This document shows positions 1 to 13,505 of a DNA stretch of 64,000 nt, piece after piece. Made by a program: the position numbers and the translations under genes. Position 1 is the stretch's first letter. The number at the start of each line of letters is the position of its first letter. The DNA lies in assembly GCF_004010195.1 (NCBI RefSeq), contig NC_057750.1, forward strand, positions 7,833,946 to 7,897,945, given 5' to 3'. This stretch comes from Chiloscyllium plagiosum (lineage: Eukaryota). The notes below the pieces were generated by a model. It worked only from the letters and a program-made list of their open reading frames with translations, did not search any database and was not told the origin of the DNA.

Positions 1-9
1 GGGTTTGAT

Positions 10-595
10 GTCATAGAAGTATAGAGAGGTACAGCATGGAAACAGACCAGTTGGTCCAACTCGTCCATGCCGACCATATCCTAAATTAATCTAGTTCCAT
101 TTGCCAACACTTGGTCCGTGTCCCTCTAAACCCTTCCTATTCATATACCCATCTAGATGCCTTTTAAATGCTGTAATTGTTCCAGCCTCCACCACTTTCT
201 CTGGCAGATCATTCCATACAAACACCACCCTCTATGTGAAAAAGTCGTCCTTTAGCCCGTTTTAAATCTTTCCCCTCTCACCCTAAACCTTTGCCCTCTT
301 GTTCTGGACTTCCCTACCCTGGGGAAAAGACCTAGTCTATTTATACTATCCACATCCCTCATGATTTTATAAACCTCTATAAGGTCACCCCTCAGCCTCC
401 GACACTCCAGAGAAAACTCCAGCCTATTCAGCCTCTCCCTGTAGCTCAAATCTTACAACCCTGGCAACATCCTAGTAAATCATTTCTGAACCCTTTCAAG
501 TTTCATAACATCCTTCCATAGGAGGGAGGCCAGCACTGCACACAATATTCCAAAAATGGCCTAACCAATGTCCTGTACAGCTGCAACATGACCTG
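10..595 (-). mobile_element. CR1-clade LINE 3' fragment
   Basis: YRERLNRLEFSLECRRLRGDLIEVYKIMR (CR1 ORF2 C-terminus) plus 3' tail. Confidence 0.85.
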
Positions 596-1195
596 TGATG
601 TATCTCATTTCCTTGTTCTGGTAAACTACCACCCATCTTGAATCTTTGTTTCCTCTTCATGCACACTGAACATGTTATCTTTGAAAATAGTGCCCATGTT
701 TCCAGATGTTTATATCTGAAACCCTCTCATAATATTTCCTTAGCACTCAGCACTGAAATGGCCCTATTCAGTCATAAATGGCATTTCACTTGTCTGTGGT
801 TAGCTATCCCTCCTGATCTTCTCCAATCCGTTTTAATGGCCTGGTTGACCATACCATCATCCCTCAAAGCCTCCTCTTCATTGTCCATTTGGGTGGTACT
901 GTCCTTGTTGGATGGGCTGTCCACGTCTGAGCCTACCCTTATCCGTTCACTTGTGGCTAAAGAATAACCTGTAATCATTTCATCTTCTGCTTCTGCACCA
1001 TTACTTATGGAATCCACATTGGATCTCTCCTTAGCTTCCTCCTCTTTCTTATCCATGTGCTATCCTTCTGTAACATCATCTGACAATTCAATATCAGGTT
1101 CCACTTGCATTCTTGCACATAACATCCAGTTGTACCTTGGCACCACCCCCCTTGGCCTTCACTCTCACCCTACGATTTGTCAGGAAAACTAGTGA

Positions 1196-1346
1196 TGTAA
1201 AAACAAGGGCTGCAGATGCTGGAAACCAGATTCTAGATTAGTGGTGCTGGAAAAGCACAGCAGTTCAGGAGCTTTTGCCCGAAACATCGATTTTCCTGCT
1301 CCTCGGATGCTGCCTGAACTGTTGCGCTTTTCCAGCACCACTCTAA
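1196..1346. mobile_element. Penelope-derived fold-back mini-element (related subfamily)
   Basis: 16-bp TSD tcaggaaaac(t/c)agtga (1180-1195, 1347-1362). Inverted arms about 1236-1269 and 1313-1348. Residual gcttttgcccgaaacatcga. Confidence 0.8.
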
Positions 1347-2129
1347 TCAGGAAAACCAGTGACTTCAATCTGTGACCCAAATTCTATTTCTCAGTTATAA
1401 ATTCTTTTCTTTTGGAACTGTGTTTCTGTATCTTACTGCTTGCAACTGTATTATCTGAAAACTGGCTAACAAGCTTTCAATTACCACTGCTCCACTGACC
1501 AAAACCCTGGACTTCCATCATGATCATAGAAGTAAAATAGAGTTAAATAGAGGCAAGGAGTTTGACAAAAGGACTATACTTGAAAGCATTCTGAGACAAC
1601 ACAAAGGCCATCACCAAGCTTGTTTTCCATCTACTTGCATAAGTGGAGCAAACATATCCTGAAGTTGAAACGTTTTTAGGAACATCAAAGGCTTGGTAGC
1701 CAACAGTGCAAATAGGTTGTTATAGATACATGGAAGGTAGTCATCATAAAAGAGTTGGTAACAATAGAGATACTCTACAGTAAAATATTCAATGCCAGTA
1801 GCTTGCAAGCATTTTTTAAAAAATCTTTGGGTCTTTTAGCATGAAGACTTGCAAGCCACATATATAGTTGATCTGGAAATTGATCTTCCAGTTTAGGATT
1901 TATTCATAATTGAGGCAACATCTCCAAGAGTAGCCTATTCCAAACCCTTAGTTTCTTTGAAACTAACGGACCAATAAGTGCTAAGAGAATGGAGTTGCCT
2001 GGATTTCATGGGCCGGATTGGCAGATTGACAAGCAACTATTGACCCATTTGTGTAGTATTACATATTCAGTCGTGGGATTTTGCCTCTCCATACATCAAG
2101 AACTGCAAGTAATAGGGACGTATACTTAC

Positions 2130-2211
2130 TGCCTCAGCAGCTGCCGCCCTTCTTTCCAAGATAATGGACTATTCTGTTCCACAGTTGATGTATCGGGGCC
2201 ATTATTTATAA
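2130..2211 (-). CDS. STRN4: Striatin-4 coding exon 4 (82 nt; calmodulin-binding region)
   Basis: (V)INNGPDTSTVEQNSPLSWKEGRQLLR(Q). Acceptor tcttttcag|TT, donor CA|GTAAGT. NSPLxWKEGRQLLRQ is STRN4-like. The next exon was not found in 1-2129, so it is presumably outside the window. Confidence 0.92.
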
Positions 2212-4574
2212 CTGAAAAGATAAAAGTACAGAGTTGATATATGGCTGTACAACTATAGTACATTCTAAAATAATCTTAGATTACAAAGAAGATATATCAC
2301 ATTAAACTCTTGCTTAAATTGGTTAATTACATTCTTAGCAAATTAGGTTGCTTAACTAATTATTCTAATTTTTTTTTGTTGTGGGACAGGAAGCACAGAG
2401 AGAGCGCTATTTTAATCAAATATCCATTTTATTGTTGTATTCAACTTTTATCATAAAGCTAAGTAAATGCACAGGAGCTTTGCAAGGGAAAGAATACAAT
2501 AAAATGGAGAAGAGCTGCATATTTTCAGTTTCAGGTTCTGGAGTACCTCAGTACAAGAATGTCCACCCAGATGGCATTGCAGAGAACTGTCTTATCCTGT
2601 GCTGAATGAAGCATGCAATCCAGGATAGTTTGGTTTACGAGTTGGCTGTATCTCAGCCATGGTGGTTATAGGCCTGCTACAATCAGCAATGCACGATAGG
2701 AAGCAAGAGATATTTGCCCATCTAATGTCTCTATCAGGGAAGTGGATATAATTACAACGTTTAAAAGAAATTCGGATAGGTAAATGATTAGGAAAGGTTT
2801 GGAGGGATAAGGGCCAGGATAAAGATAAGTGGGACTAGGTTCAGCGTGGACTGGTTGGACCGAAGGGGCTGTTTCCGTGCTGTATGACTATGACTTTATG
2901 TATAAGGTATGGGCATTGGTTGAAGGTAATATCAATTTTATTAATGATGGTTCACGCAGTGTGAACCAGCCACCCAAGCAATTTAAGAATGGAGACTTGA
3001 ACAGAGCACTGGACAGCAGCATGGATTTATGGAACTATAGACCAACATGAGTCAGTCAGTGCTTCAGGGAAGGAAGTTACAGGAAAACAAGAATGAAATA
3101 ATTTAAAGAGACAAACAGAAACCTACATCAACAGGTTCTATATTCAAGAAGGTGTTGCAGATTGCTTATTCAGCATGGAGAAAGAAAAGTAACATGAAGA
3201 GGCTATAATAGGTATTATGAGTAATAAAAGATGTGAGTATCTGAAAGCAGGAGACAACGGCAATGGATGCAACTAGGTAGGAACTTACAGGTGCTTGTTC
3301 AGTAATTCTGGTTTCAAGTGTTGGGAGAATATTAAACCCAAAGGGACTAGTGTAACAACACACACCTATGATACACAATGGGAATAATAAATATATTGTG
3401 TTACTCCACTGTACTAGGATGTAAATCTTGCATCACATTGTTGCTGGCCAAAGTTCCTCTTTCAAGGCATCAGTATACATTTTAAAGGCTTTACCAAAAG
3501 GATTTAAGTGATAATTATTTTGTGACAGCTGCTAATGTTTCGTATTTTTGTTCCCGAGTTGTAGTTGAAACTAGTTATTTACTGTTAACTCTTGGTTTCC
3601 TTACTGGAGGGTCCTCTTTGTAAACCACTGCAACAATTATGCTGATGGTGCTCCTACATGTAAAGTTGGGACTTTCAGGATACTGGCATAGCAAATACAA
3701 AGCAAACTGATTCAGGTTCAAGACATGATGTTTGGGGACTTGAGAGATGACAGTGGTCTCACAACACTGATAATATCTACCACTGAGAAGGGCAAGAGTA
3801 AGGAGAAGGTGGTGAAATATCCTTGGTCAGTAACCGTTGCATATCCCTAGATTGTATGCACTGCAGCTATGATGCATTAGTGGTTGAGAAAGCATTAATC
3901 ACATGAACTGCTCTCCCAGTGATGAACATGCTTCTCAAACTTTGTTACTACTACAGGTAAGTGACAACTATTCTATCAATTTCATCTTTTAAATAGTGGT
4001 GAGACTTCGAGAGATCAAGTGATGGGTACCTGACAAACAGTAATTGGTGAAACAGCAACTCCAATTGAGAATCTAGTCAATGGTGAGCCTCCTACTCCTA
4101 AAGATAATGACAATGGAACACTCTTCAGTGAAGCTGCTGTTTAAAGGTTAAAGGAACGATGACTAGGTATTTTGTGGCACCAGAGCAGGTCATGCCATAG
4201 GATAGCATCGGCAGCTTTACTTTCAGAGCAGCTGTGAATGGATCTGAACACTTTGAACACAACATTGGGATATGGTGCAGTGAAGGTCAATAACAGAGGA
4301 TGTTTCTCTCAGAAACCTCTGCAGTGATGTCTTGGGACTGTGTTGGCTCACAAGCATGATCTTGTGCCAAGCAAGACTGCAGCCACTGTAAAACTGTTCC
4401 CATCACCCAATAAGCTCAGTCTTCTTCAGGCTCCGATGTACCACACTTATTTAAATGCTACCTTGATGTTGCATGTATTTGCTCTGGCATTTGAATCTTT
4501 CATCCAAGACTGAATCAAGGTCTGGAACAGATTGGCTCTGGTAGAATCCAAACTGATCATGTTATTAGTGAGTA

Positions 4575-4770
4575 CAGTCAGTTCTGCTATAAAACGGTAG
4601 TTCCATTCTTGTGTAATCCCATGTTATAAGAAAACCGTGTCATAGCTGCACTACTCAAACTAATGGAGCCCGTATTTTAAAAGTTCACGCTATAGGAACA
4701 GTGACCCCAATTAGTTAATTGCATCAGTGAATTCTCATTAACAAAATGTGCGTTATAGCACAACGACTTG
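4575..4770. mobile_element. Short Tigger-like MITE
   Basis: Imperfect TIR cagtcagttctgctataa / ttatagcacaacgacttg with TA flanks. Related copy at 14856-15074. Confidence 0.65.
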
Positions 4771-5402
4771 TAGTTGTCATTTTAATAATACGTTAATCAT
4801 TTTGTTAATGATTAGGAGACAATACTGTTATTAGGCTATATCTTCAATATGTGTTATGGAAATTACATAACTGTAATTTTCTAGTATACTCTTGTAAATC
4901 CTATTAGTGTGTTTAAAGAGCAATTGGACATGTATCTTCGAAAATCAACAGTATTCCACCAGTAGGCAAGCCTGGAACAGTGCAATGAACAATTTCAAAT
5001 TCCAATGTGTTTACACTCTGCTCTGAAAACCTAAGTAGTTACTCCACCTAACTCTATTCATACAAAATTGTTTGAATTTCATATCAATCGTGCTCACAAG
5101 AAAATTTAATATGTACAGGCCCAGACTTATCACTATTCCTTCAGTTGCTTCTTAAATATAGCAGAATTATCTCACTACTGTAGAGTGCAGAACATTTCAC
5201 ATTCAATTCCCAGTCTGATTGGGGTTAACTGAACTCCATCCAGTGAGGTAAATGGAGTTGCTGCAATTGGCATTCAAGCCTCAGGCTAAGAATGATAGGA
5301 TTAAAAAACCTACATGAGAGCTGCTGCAAAATGATGTGTGTGCACAATGTGTAGCGATGGATTTGCAGACAGGTTCTGTACCGCCTATGGTCAAGTAATT
5401 TA

Positions 5403-6580
5403 TGCTGCCTGACTTGCTGTGCTTTTCCAGCGCCATACTGGACTACATCTCCTCCCCCTACCAAGTCCTGTAAAAACACTCTCCCTTATTACCAATTCCA
5501 CTGCCATATCTACTCCCAGGAGAGCAATTCCATTCCAGGACGTCCCAGATGGCTCCTATTTCAAGAACCGCAATTTCCCCTCCTACGTGGTCAACAATGT
5601 CCTCCAACGCATCTCCTCCACTTCCCACACCTTCGCTCCTGAACCCCACCCCTCCAACTGCAACAAGGATAGAACCCCACTGATCCTCACCTCCCAACCC
5701 ACTAATCTCTGGATACAACACATTATTCTCTGCTATTTCCGCCACCTACAATCAGACCCCACCACCAAAGATATATTTCCCTCCCCAATCAGCATTCCAG
5801 AGACCATCCCCTCCACGACTCCCTTGTTAGGTTCATGTTCCCCCCACCCGCCCTCCTCCACCAACCCACCCTCCAGTCCTTGCTGCTGCAAGAGGTGTAA
5901 AACCTGTGCACACACCTCCCACTCACCTCCATCCAAGGCCCCAAAGGATCCTACTACATCTGGCAGAGATTTTCCTACACAAACACCTCATCTACTGTGT
6001 CTGATGCTCTCGATGTGGTTTCCTTTACACTAGGGAGACAGGATGCTAATTCACGCAACATATCAGGGAACATCTCTGGGAGACACACCAAACAACCTCA
6101 CCACCCTGTGGCTGGCCCTTCAACACCCCCTTCTACTCCCCCAAGGACTTACAAGTTCTTGGCCCTATCCACCAGTAAGTCAAAGCCACCAATGCCTGGA
6201 GGAAGAACGCTTCATCTTTTCACCTTGGAACTCTCCAATCACATGGCATCAATGTCAATTTCACCAGTTTCCTCATGTCCCCTCCACCCACCTCATCCCA
6301 GATCCAACTCAGCAACGCCTTCTTGAACTGTCCTACCTGTCCATCTTCCTTACCACCTATCTGTTCCACCCTCGTCTCTGACATCACCATCAGCCCCCCC
6401 ACCTCCATCTACCTTTTGCCTTCTGTGCTACCTTCCCTATAGCCCCACCACCACCCCTCTATTTATCTCTCAGCACCTACCCCCTCCATTGCTGATGAAG
6501 CACTTATGCCGGAAACATCAATTCTCCTGCTTCTCGATGCTGCCTGATCTGCTGCACTTTTCCAGCACCACACTTTTCGA
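5403..6580 (+). mobile_element. Degenerate 5'-truncated Penelope-like retroelement (RT linker + GIY-YIG endonuclease remnant + terminal repeat)
   Basis: Translation PLILTSQPTNLWIQHIILCYFRHLQSDPTTKDIFPSP, a CKRCKTC Cys motif, then HLIYCV*CSRCGFLYTRETG (GIY-YIG-like) near 5985-6045. Short direct terminal repeat tgctgcctga..cttttccagc at both ends. Flanking caagtaattta/caactaattta (5392-5402, 6581-6591). Confidence 0.8.
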
Positions 6581-7985
6581 CAACTAATTTACAAGACAGT
6601 CTACAGCTACTGCTAGAGGGCATACAGATTTGGAGACATACCAACAAGTTGGAACAATCACTGCAATTCCTGCCAACCAAATAGGTATAAGTCAAGTAGT
6701 AACATGTAATACTTAAATACTGGCGATACAAATTCAGATTTTATATCTGTTCCTTCCCCAAGTCTAAAACTTGAATGTTTGCATGTTGTATGAAATTTTG
6801 ATACATCAAGCACATAAAAAGGGCATGATCTGGATGATTACAAACAATGAATAGAAGAAATCATTCTGGACTTGTACTGTGCCTGAAGAGGGCATTTAAA
6901 GCTGCATAATACGACAATGAAGCAACATCAGTTACAGGTCTTTTGGTGGTGGTCGTGGGATCGACCTGAGGTAAAGTATTAAAGCATTACAAAGCACATT
7001 GATTTATGTATGATTGCCTTCCTAGAATTTATGAGTAGCACAACATAAATAAGAGCACTGTACAAATGTGTTTACAATTTGAGCAATAATTTGTCATGGG
7101 GTGACAATTCACAGCACACAGTAATCAACATATGCAATAGCTTTTGATAAAGTGGTGGAAGTAGGATCATTTAAGAAACAATCGGATACTAAAATAAAGA
7201 GATAATCGGGACTGTCACTGAACTAGTAACCCAGAGGCCCATGTTAATGTTGGGGACATAGATTCAAGTAACACCATGGTAAATGACAGAAATTGAAGTC
7301 TGTCAACAAATCTGGAATTTAAAAAGTTAATCTTAGTAGTTATGACCATAAAATTATCATTAATTGTTAAAGTAAATTCACCAATGTGGTTTACTCTCAA
7401 CTGCCCTCTGAATTGGCCTAGCAAGCCACTCAGTTCAAAGGCAACTAGGGACAGGCAATAAATGCCGGCCAGCCGATGAAGAATAAAAAGGGTTTTTCAG
7501 GAAGGTGAAATGAAGTTGAGCCAAATAATCTTTAATTTCAACAGCTTGTAATCCCACAAATTTCTACATTTACTGCAGTTAGCCCAATTTTGTAAAAAAA
7601 ATCCTAAAGGGAGAAAAGCTATTTGTTTCTGTGAAGAGGTCCCCATTCTAAACTCTAACTGAACATAGTGGATTTTAAAGCAGTCAGTTGATGCACACAT
7701 CTTAGAAGAGAGAAAGTGGCAATAACACCCCACAATAAGGGGTCTGCAGGCAGTCTGCAGTTTAAATGGTCATTGTTGGGATGAAATTACGCAGGCAAAT
7801 CTGGTGGGAATAGATTGGCCTAATTAGAGTAACAGGAGTTAAAGAGAAACACCAACATGACAAAGCTCTATGACCAAAACTGCAGGCTGCTTAACCTATC
7901 AACACTGTACACCTGCAAAAGTGTCATTTTAACTGAAGATATGAAACACTTTCAGGTAAAAATATGTATAATTTCTCAAATGTAC

Positions 7986-8059
7986 CAGAATCTGCTGTAT
8001 CTATCTTTGAGTCACCTTGAACTGGTTCCGTTCCATACTTCAGCTTGTGGTATTTTGTC
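7986..8059 (-). CDS. STRN4: Striatin-4 coding exon 3 (74 nt)
   Basis: Not in the ORF track; translated by hand as (R)TKYHKLKYGTEPVQGDSKIDTADS. Acceptor ttcttttctag|G, donor G|GTACAT. Phase 2 to 1 fits both neighbours. Confidence 0.92.
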
Positions 8060-9848
8060 CTAGAAAAGAAGAGAAATGAAGACACTCTAATGTAATATTA
8101 AGACATGATAGTTATAAGAGCAAAGCACCTAACGTGGGAAAAAGGAAATGCAAAAAAGGATAATTGAATTTTGGACATGAATTTGGACATAACTTGAGAA
8201 TTTATTTCTATGAATCCCAATGCTCCCCAACAATTAAGACTGTGCTAAATTTGAAATGGCACTTTTAATAAAACCTTCCTTTCATATTTCAGTAAGTTGT
8301 TTTTAACACATCTTGAGCAAGCTGACTGTATTAGGATCAAGAGAGGCTTTCACCAGCATCAGCAGTCTCTAAGTACCTCTCTCCTTCTTTCCACAAATGC
8401 AAACTCATTACAATGGGCAGCAGCAAAGCAGAGGCCAATGTCACTGCATACTTTCCTAAAGTAAAGGGAGGTCCAACTAATCAGAAGCAGGAACTCTGGT
8501 TGACCCATTTTTAAAAAGTACACTATGAGACACACTTGAAAGGTCAAGACCCTAACAGGCAGCTCATTCGTGTGAAGTTTTCCTACAGTTTGTCAAAGCA
8601 AGTTTCCTTTCTCTCCGCTTCCCTCAACTTTGCATAGGCATATTAAGATCCAACCTTACTGAGCAGAACAGAGCTTACATTTTGTAATGCACATTACCCT
8701 AACTTTGCTTTTATTGCAAAATACTATGATTTTCCATCTCAGGTAGCTTAAGGGGTAATTAATAACCTTGTTGTAAAAGAATCTTCAGGAATAATAATCA
8801 CAATATGGCAGAATGTTTCATTAAGCTTGAAAAAGATGTAGTGCAATCTAAAAGTAGGGTCTTAAATTAAAACAAAATGGCGATAAAGTGGTGTGGTATA
8901 TATGTATAATCACCATTTTAAGAGTTTGGATTTCAAACTTGTGGCATATGGTTGTCGTTTACATTTATGATAGATTAGGTCAGTCAGTTTTTCCAGAACC
9001 ATGACCTAATCTACTGTTAGAGAGCAGAGAACTCTTGCAGTGTTAATGGAAATTGTTAATATTATGCTTTATTTATGACTGGGAATATTAATATTGAGGG
9101 CTATAATCTTGTTTCTGGTTTAGGACAATCAAGATTGATTTTGACTTAGGAAAACCAGAGATTGGAAATTTTTGAGTAGTTTGGAGAAGATCTGATGGGG
9201 TTCCAAAGGACAATATACTTTATCTCGCAGAAGGGAGTATAGAAGAGTTCCTGTTCTTAGTTACCTTAGTAGAAAGCTATTTTAAGTAACTTCCAGAGCA
9301 GGAATGGTTAAAAACCAGATTACTAAAAGACTGAGAAAGTACAAGCTTTCAGTTTGAAAGTATGTATATGAGCGGCTTCATAGTTCATAGGAAAGAACTA
9401 GGAAAAATCAGCACTGTCCACAAAGGGTGAATCCAAAGCCCTAATTTTAAAATAATATTAGTCCTATTCCTGGATTGACCCACAAGAGGAAACATCTTTT
9501 CCATGTCCACCTTGTCAAGACCATTGAGGATCTTATCAATTCAGTCTCCCCTCATTCTTCTAAATGCCAGCATAATCTAGCTCCACCTGTCCAAACTACC
9601 TTCCTACGGCAACTGCTCATTCCAGGCAGCCACCTAGTAAATCTCCTCTGAACTGCCTGCAATGCATTCACATCTTCTTTAAATGAGACGGCCAAAACTG
9701 CACATAACACAGAAGACGTGCTGTTAGAAATGCCCTGTGTTACTAAAACATGAAATCCTTCATTTTATGTTCCAGGATAGCATCCTATGCACCTTCTCAA
9801 TTACCTGCTGTGCCTGGATACTAACTTTTTATGAATCATGCATTAGAA

Positions 9849-10155
9849 CGGTGGCACAGTGGTTAGCACTGCTGCCTCACAACGCCAGAGACCCGGGTTC
9901 ATTTCCCGCCTCAGGCTGTGTGGAGTTTGCACATTCTCCCATTGTCTGCATGGGTTTCCTCCGGGTGCTCCGGTTTCCTCCCACTTCCAAAAATGTGCAG
10001 GTTAGGTGAATTGGCTATGCTAAATTGCCCGTAATGTTAGGTGAAGAGGTAAATGTAGGAGAATGGGTCTGGGCGGGTTGCACTTCGGTGTGGACTTGTT
10101 GGGCCGAAGGGCCTGTTTCCACACTAAGTAATCTAATCTAATCTTAAAAAAAAAT
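9849..10155 (+). mobile_element. HE1-type tRNA-derived V-SINE
   Basis: A box ggtggcacagtggttagc, B box gggttcatttcc, central tgtgtggagtttgcacattctcc...ggtttcctccca domain, (aatct)n tail. Confidence 0.85.
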
Positions 10156-10424
10156 TGAATCCCTTTGCACCTCAGAATTCTGCAGTTATCCTCCATTTAA
10201 GTAATACCTTATTTTGTTCTTCCTGCCCAAATGAACCATGCTTCCCTCATCTAAGCCATTGATGTAAATTTTGACAAAACTGAAGCTCCAGCACAACTGC
10301 AGGACTTTACTCAACAGATCCTGTTGAGCAAAGATGCATTGCTTCCAGCCAGCCAATCTTCCACCCATACTAATAAGTTATCCCCTACACCACAAGCTTT
10401 TATTTTCAGCAATTTCCTTTGATC

Positions 10425-10722
10425 ACAGAATTGTAACAGTGCAGAGTGGGGCCATTTGGCCCACTGTGTCTGCACCAACCCTCCAAAGAACATCCCACAC
10501 AGACCCACAGTCCCACCCTATCCCCCTAACTCCACATTTACCATGGCTAGTCTACCTAGCCTGCACATCCCTGGATACTGTGGGGCAAATTAGCATGGCC
10601 AATCCACCTAATCTGCACATTTTGGGACTATGGAGGAAATCAGAGCACCAAGTGGAAACCCCACAGACAGAGGGAGAAACATGCAAACTCCAAGCTGGAA
10701 TTGAACCTGCTGCTGTGATGTA
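10425..10722 (-). mobile_element. HE1-type SINE
   Basis: Reverse complement of the SINE body and tail. Confidence 0.75.
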
Positions 10723-11406
10723 GCACTTCATTCCACACTTTCTGGAACTCCAAGTACATTATATCTAAATGCTCCATTTAATCTGTGATGCATATTACTC
10801 TTTCAAAGAATTCTAATAAATTGGTTAAAAATAAGATTACCCTTTGATGAAACCATTCTGACTCTTCCCGATTTCCTTGAGTTTTTCTACACGACTGGCT
10901 GTAATCTCTTTAATAGTTAATTCAAACATCTTTCCCACCACATATATCAAGCTAACTGGCTTACTAGCTTCCTGCCTCCATCCTTTCTTGAATAAAACAG
11001 TTTTAGTTGTTACATTCTAATCTGAATAACATTTTCTGAATCTATGGAATTCTAGAAAATTAACACCAACCCACCTACCGGCTCATGAGCAACCTCTTTA
11101 GACGTTACAGTGAAATCCATTTGGACCCCATGATTTGTTGATCTGTTTGCTTTGAACCACTTCCCATGTAATTCCAATTTTGCTAAGTTGTTCTCTCTCT
11201 CTTCCACCTTGTGATTCATATAGCTATTGAAGAATTCAATTCTCCACCATGAAGACAGAAAGAAAATATTTCTTCATTTCATTTGCAGGTTTCTCATTAA
11301 ATTAACTCCTTACTTCCAATCTCTAGAGAATCAACATATACTTTACTTGCTCTTTCCTCTTTAAATGCCTGTAAAAACCTTTGCTCTCTGTATTTTTTTT
11401 TACATA

Positions 11407-11984
11407 CAGAGGATTCTCGATTATCCAAATACTAATTATCCGAAAATTGGATTATCCGAAGGAGATCTTGAGGTCCCGATAGAAACATTATATCAAAGAT
11501 GTGTTTCCAACAGTGATCGCGTCTTTTGTTTACAGTGATTAAACAGGCACCGTCCTCAAATGACTGACCGCCCGCCCTCTCGCTCTCCTCACACTTTCCC
11601 TGGAGTTCTGCAGAGGGGTGTACCCTAACCCCCCCCCCACCCCCAGATAATCTGACCAGGGGAAAGGTGGAACCTGGCAAAAAGTTGTGTGTGTGGATGT
11701 GGCTGAGGCTGTGTGCGCGCGCACACTATTTGGAGACTTACCCCATAAAGGCAACTGCAGCAGTCACAGTCTTGTTGTTGGTGTCCAGTCTGGCTGTCCT
11801 GGAGAGGGGGGTGGGTGTGTATGGGGCAGGGGGGGAGCAGGGCCTCGCGCGCTGCATGCTGCTGCAGCAGACTTTAAAAACTCCGAACACCAGAGGAAAG
11901 GCATTTAAATCAATTAACCAGATAATCGATTATCCGAACGAAATAGTGCCCACCCGTCACATTTGGATAACCGAGGTTCCCCTG
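11407..11984. mobile_element. Tc1/mariner (pogo/Tigger-like) MITE
   Basis: 24-bp TIRs starting CAG (20/24 identity: cagaggattctcgattatccaaat vs the reverse complement of atttggataaccgaggttcccctg). TA on both flanks, subterminal attatccgaa repeats, no transposase ORF. Confidence 0.85.
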
Positions 11985-13401
11985 TACTCAGTTAGCTTCC
12001 TCTCATAATCTAATTTCTTCCTCCAGATTAATCTTTTAGTCATTCTCAATTGATCTTTATATTCTAACCAATCATCTGGCCAGGTTGTAAATATTTATCT
12101 TAAGTTTGATGCTTTCCCAAATGCTTTAGTTAACTACACACTGTATGTCCTACTATAGATTATTTTCTTTAGAAGAGCAGTATACATATCTTCAAGTGGT
12201 TACTGTTAAGGGGCTTGTAGACCAATCCAACTCATGACTGATTTCCTCTCCTATTCCTCACCTGAAATCAAACGGATTCTACATCCTGACCTGCTATGCT
12301 TTTCCAGCACCATTCTAATCTTGACTCTAATCTCCAGCATCTGCAGTACCCACTTCGCCTAGTTCACTTCAGCTAGCTCAGCTTTCATGTCCACGTATTT
12401 GCTCTTACATTTAAAATGCTAATCTTAGACCTAATCACCTCCCTTTCAATCTAAATATAAAGGTCTATCACGTTGTGGTTGCTGCTACCTCATAGTACCT
12501 TTGCTCCAGGTCATTAACTAATCCTGTTACATTACACAATATCAAGTCAAACATAACCTGCGCTCTCTGGTCACTCCCGCATGTGCTGCTCAAAGAAACT
12601 CTCTCAGATCCATTCTGCAAATTCCTCATCCAGGCTACTATTGCAACTCTGATTTTTCCAGTTTATATGTAAATTAAAGACACCCACGATTATTGCCACC
12701 CCTTTTATCACAATCACCCAATATTTCTTCTTGCATACTTTGCTCTACAACGTGGTTACTATTAAGGGGCTTGTAGACCAATCCAACTCATGCTTTATTT
12801 CCTCTACTTTTCCTCAGCCGAAATCAAACTGATTCTACATCCTGATCTCCTGAACTAAAGATCTCCACCTTTATCTAGTTTTCCATTTTTCTTGAATGTC
12901 ACACTCTCCTCAGACACCAGGCACAATTCTGGATATGCTGAAGCCATGTTTCCTTAATTGCTATCGGAACGTACTTCCTGGAATATGTGCTATGAATTTG
13001 TTCACTTGGTTAGCTCTTTTTTTGTCACCTATGAAACATCAAGTTTTGATTGCTACGGTATTCTTCTCTCTGTCCCTTCCTGTCATTCTCATATCCTCAA
13101 TTCGTATATTACTAACTGCCTCTCTCAACTTTTCTCTTCTACTTAATATACCACATCTTTCTACCACAACTTTGTTTATAACTCGAAGTAGAGGGAGTTT
13201 TAGAGTTCACAAGAACATGAGCACCAGCAATCATCAGGTGTGGACCGTCCCAAAAGTGCAGACCCCACTATTCCCAGTACTGCTCCACACCAGTCTGAGC
13301 TACAAGAATGGCCAAGCAGGTTCAAGAGACTGAACAGCCTACTCATGCTGTTCGAAAGTTCCTATTCATGGATGATCCATACTTCAGTTTACAAAGCTTA
13401 C

Positions 13402-13505
13402 CTTTCCTGCTTTAAGGCATATTCCAGCATCTTAATTCTCCGAACCAGATCCTTCTTCAGATTCTCCTGACCTTTCCTCTCTCCTTGTAGAAAGGCTACA
13501 CGTGC
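13402..13505 (-). CDS. STRN4: Striatin-4 coding exon 2 (104 nt, coiled coil)
   Basis: ARVAFLQGERKGQENLKKDLVRRIKMLEYALKQE(R). Acceptor ttttaaag|GCA, donor AG|GTAAGC. Phase 0 to 2, in frame with exon 1. Confidence 0.95.

Larger units (their letters stand above)
9460..12850 (-). mobile_element. Fragmented old CR1 LINE interrupted by two SINEs, a MITE and a Penelope tail
   Basis: Minus-strand remnants such as KLLKIKACGVGDNLLVWVEDWL and FVKIYINGLDEG. Confidence 0.65.

Noticed and set aside
772..1056. Acidic minus-strand ORF as STRN4 exon 5
   Set aside because: Lacks the expected YLxEVGYTDTILD motif and has no recognisable homology.
3289..3365. Possible extra STRN4 exon (AG...CT|GTAAGT, minus strand)
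   Set aside because: 77 nt would break the frame between exons 3 and 4, the acceptor is weak and there is no striatin similarity. It could only be a poison exon, with no support.
9849..9915. tRNA gene-like A/B boxes here and in other copies
   Set aside because: They are heads of tRNA-derived SINEs that continue into SINE body and tail.
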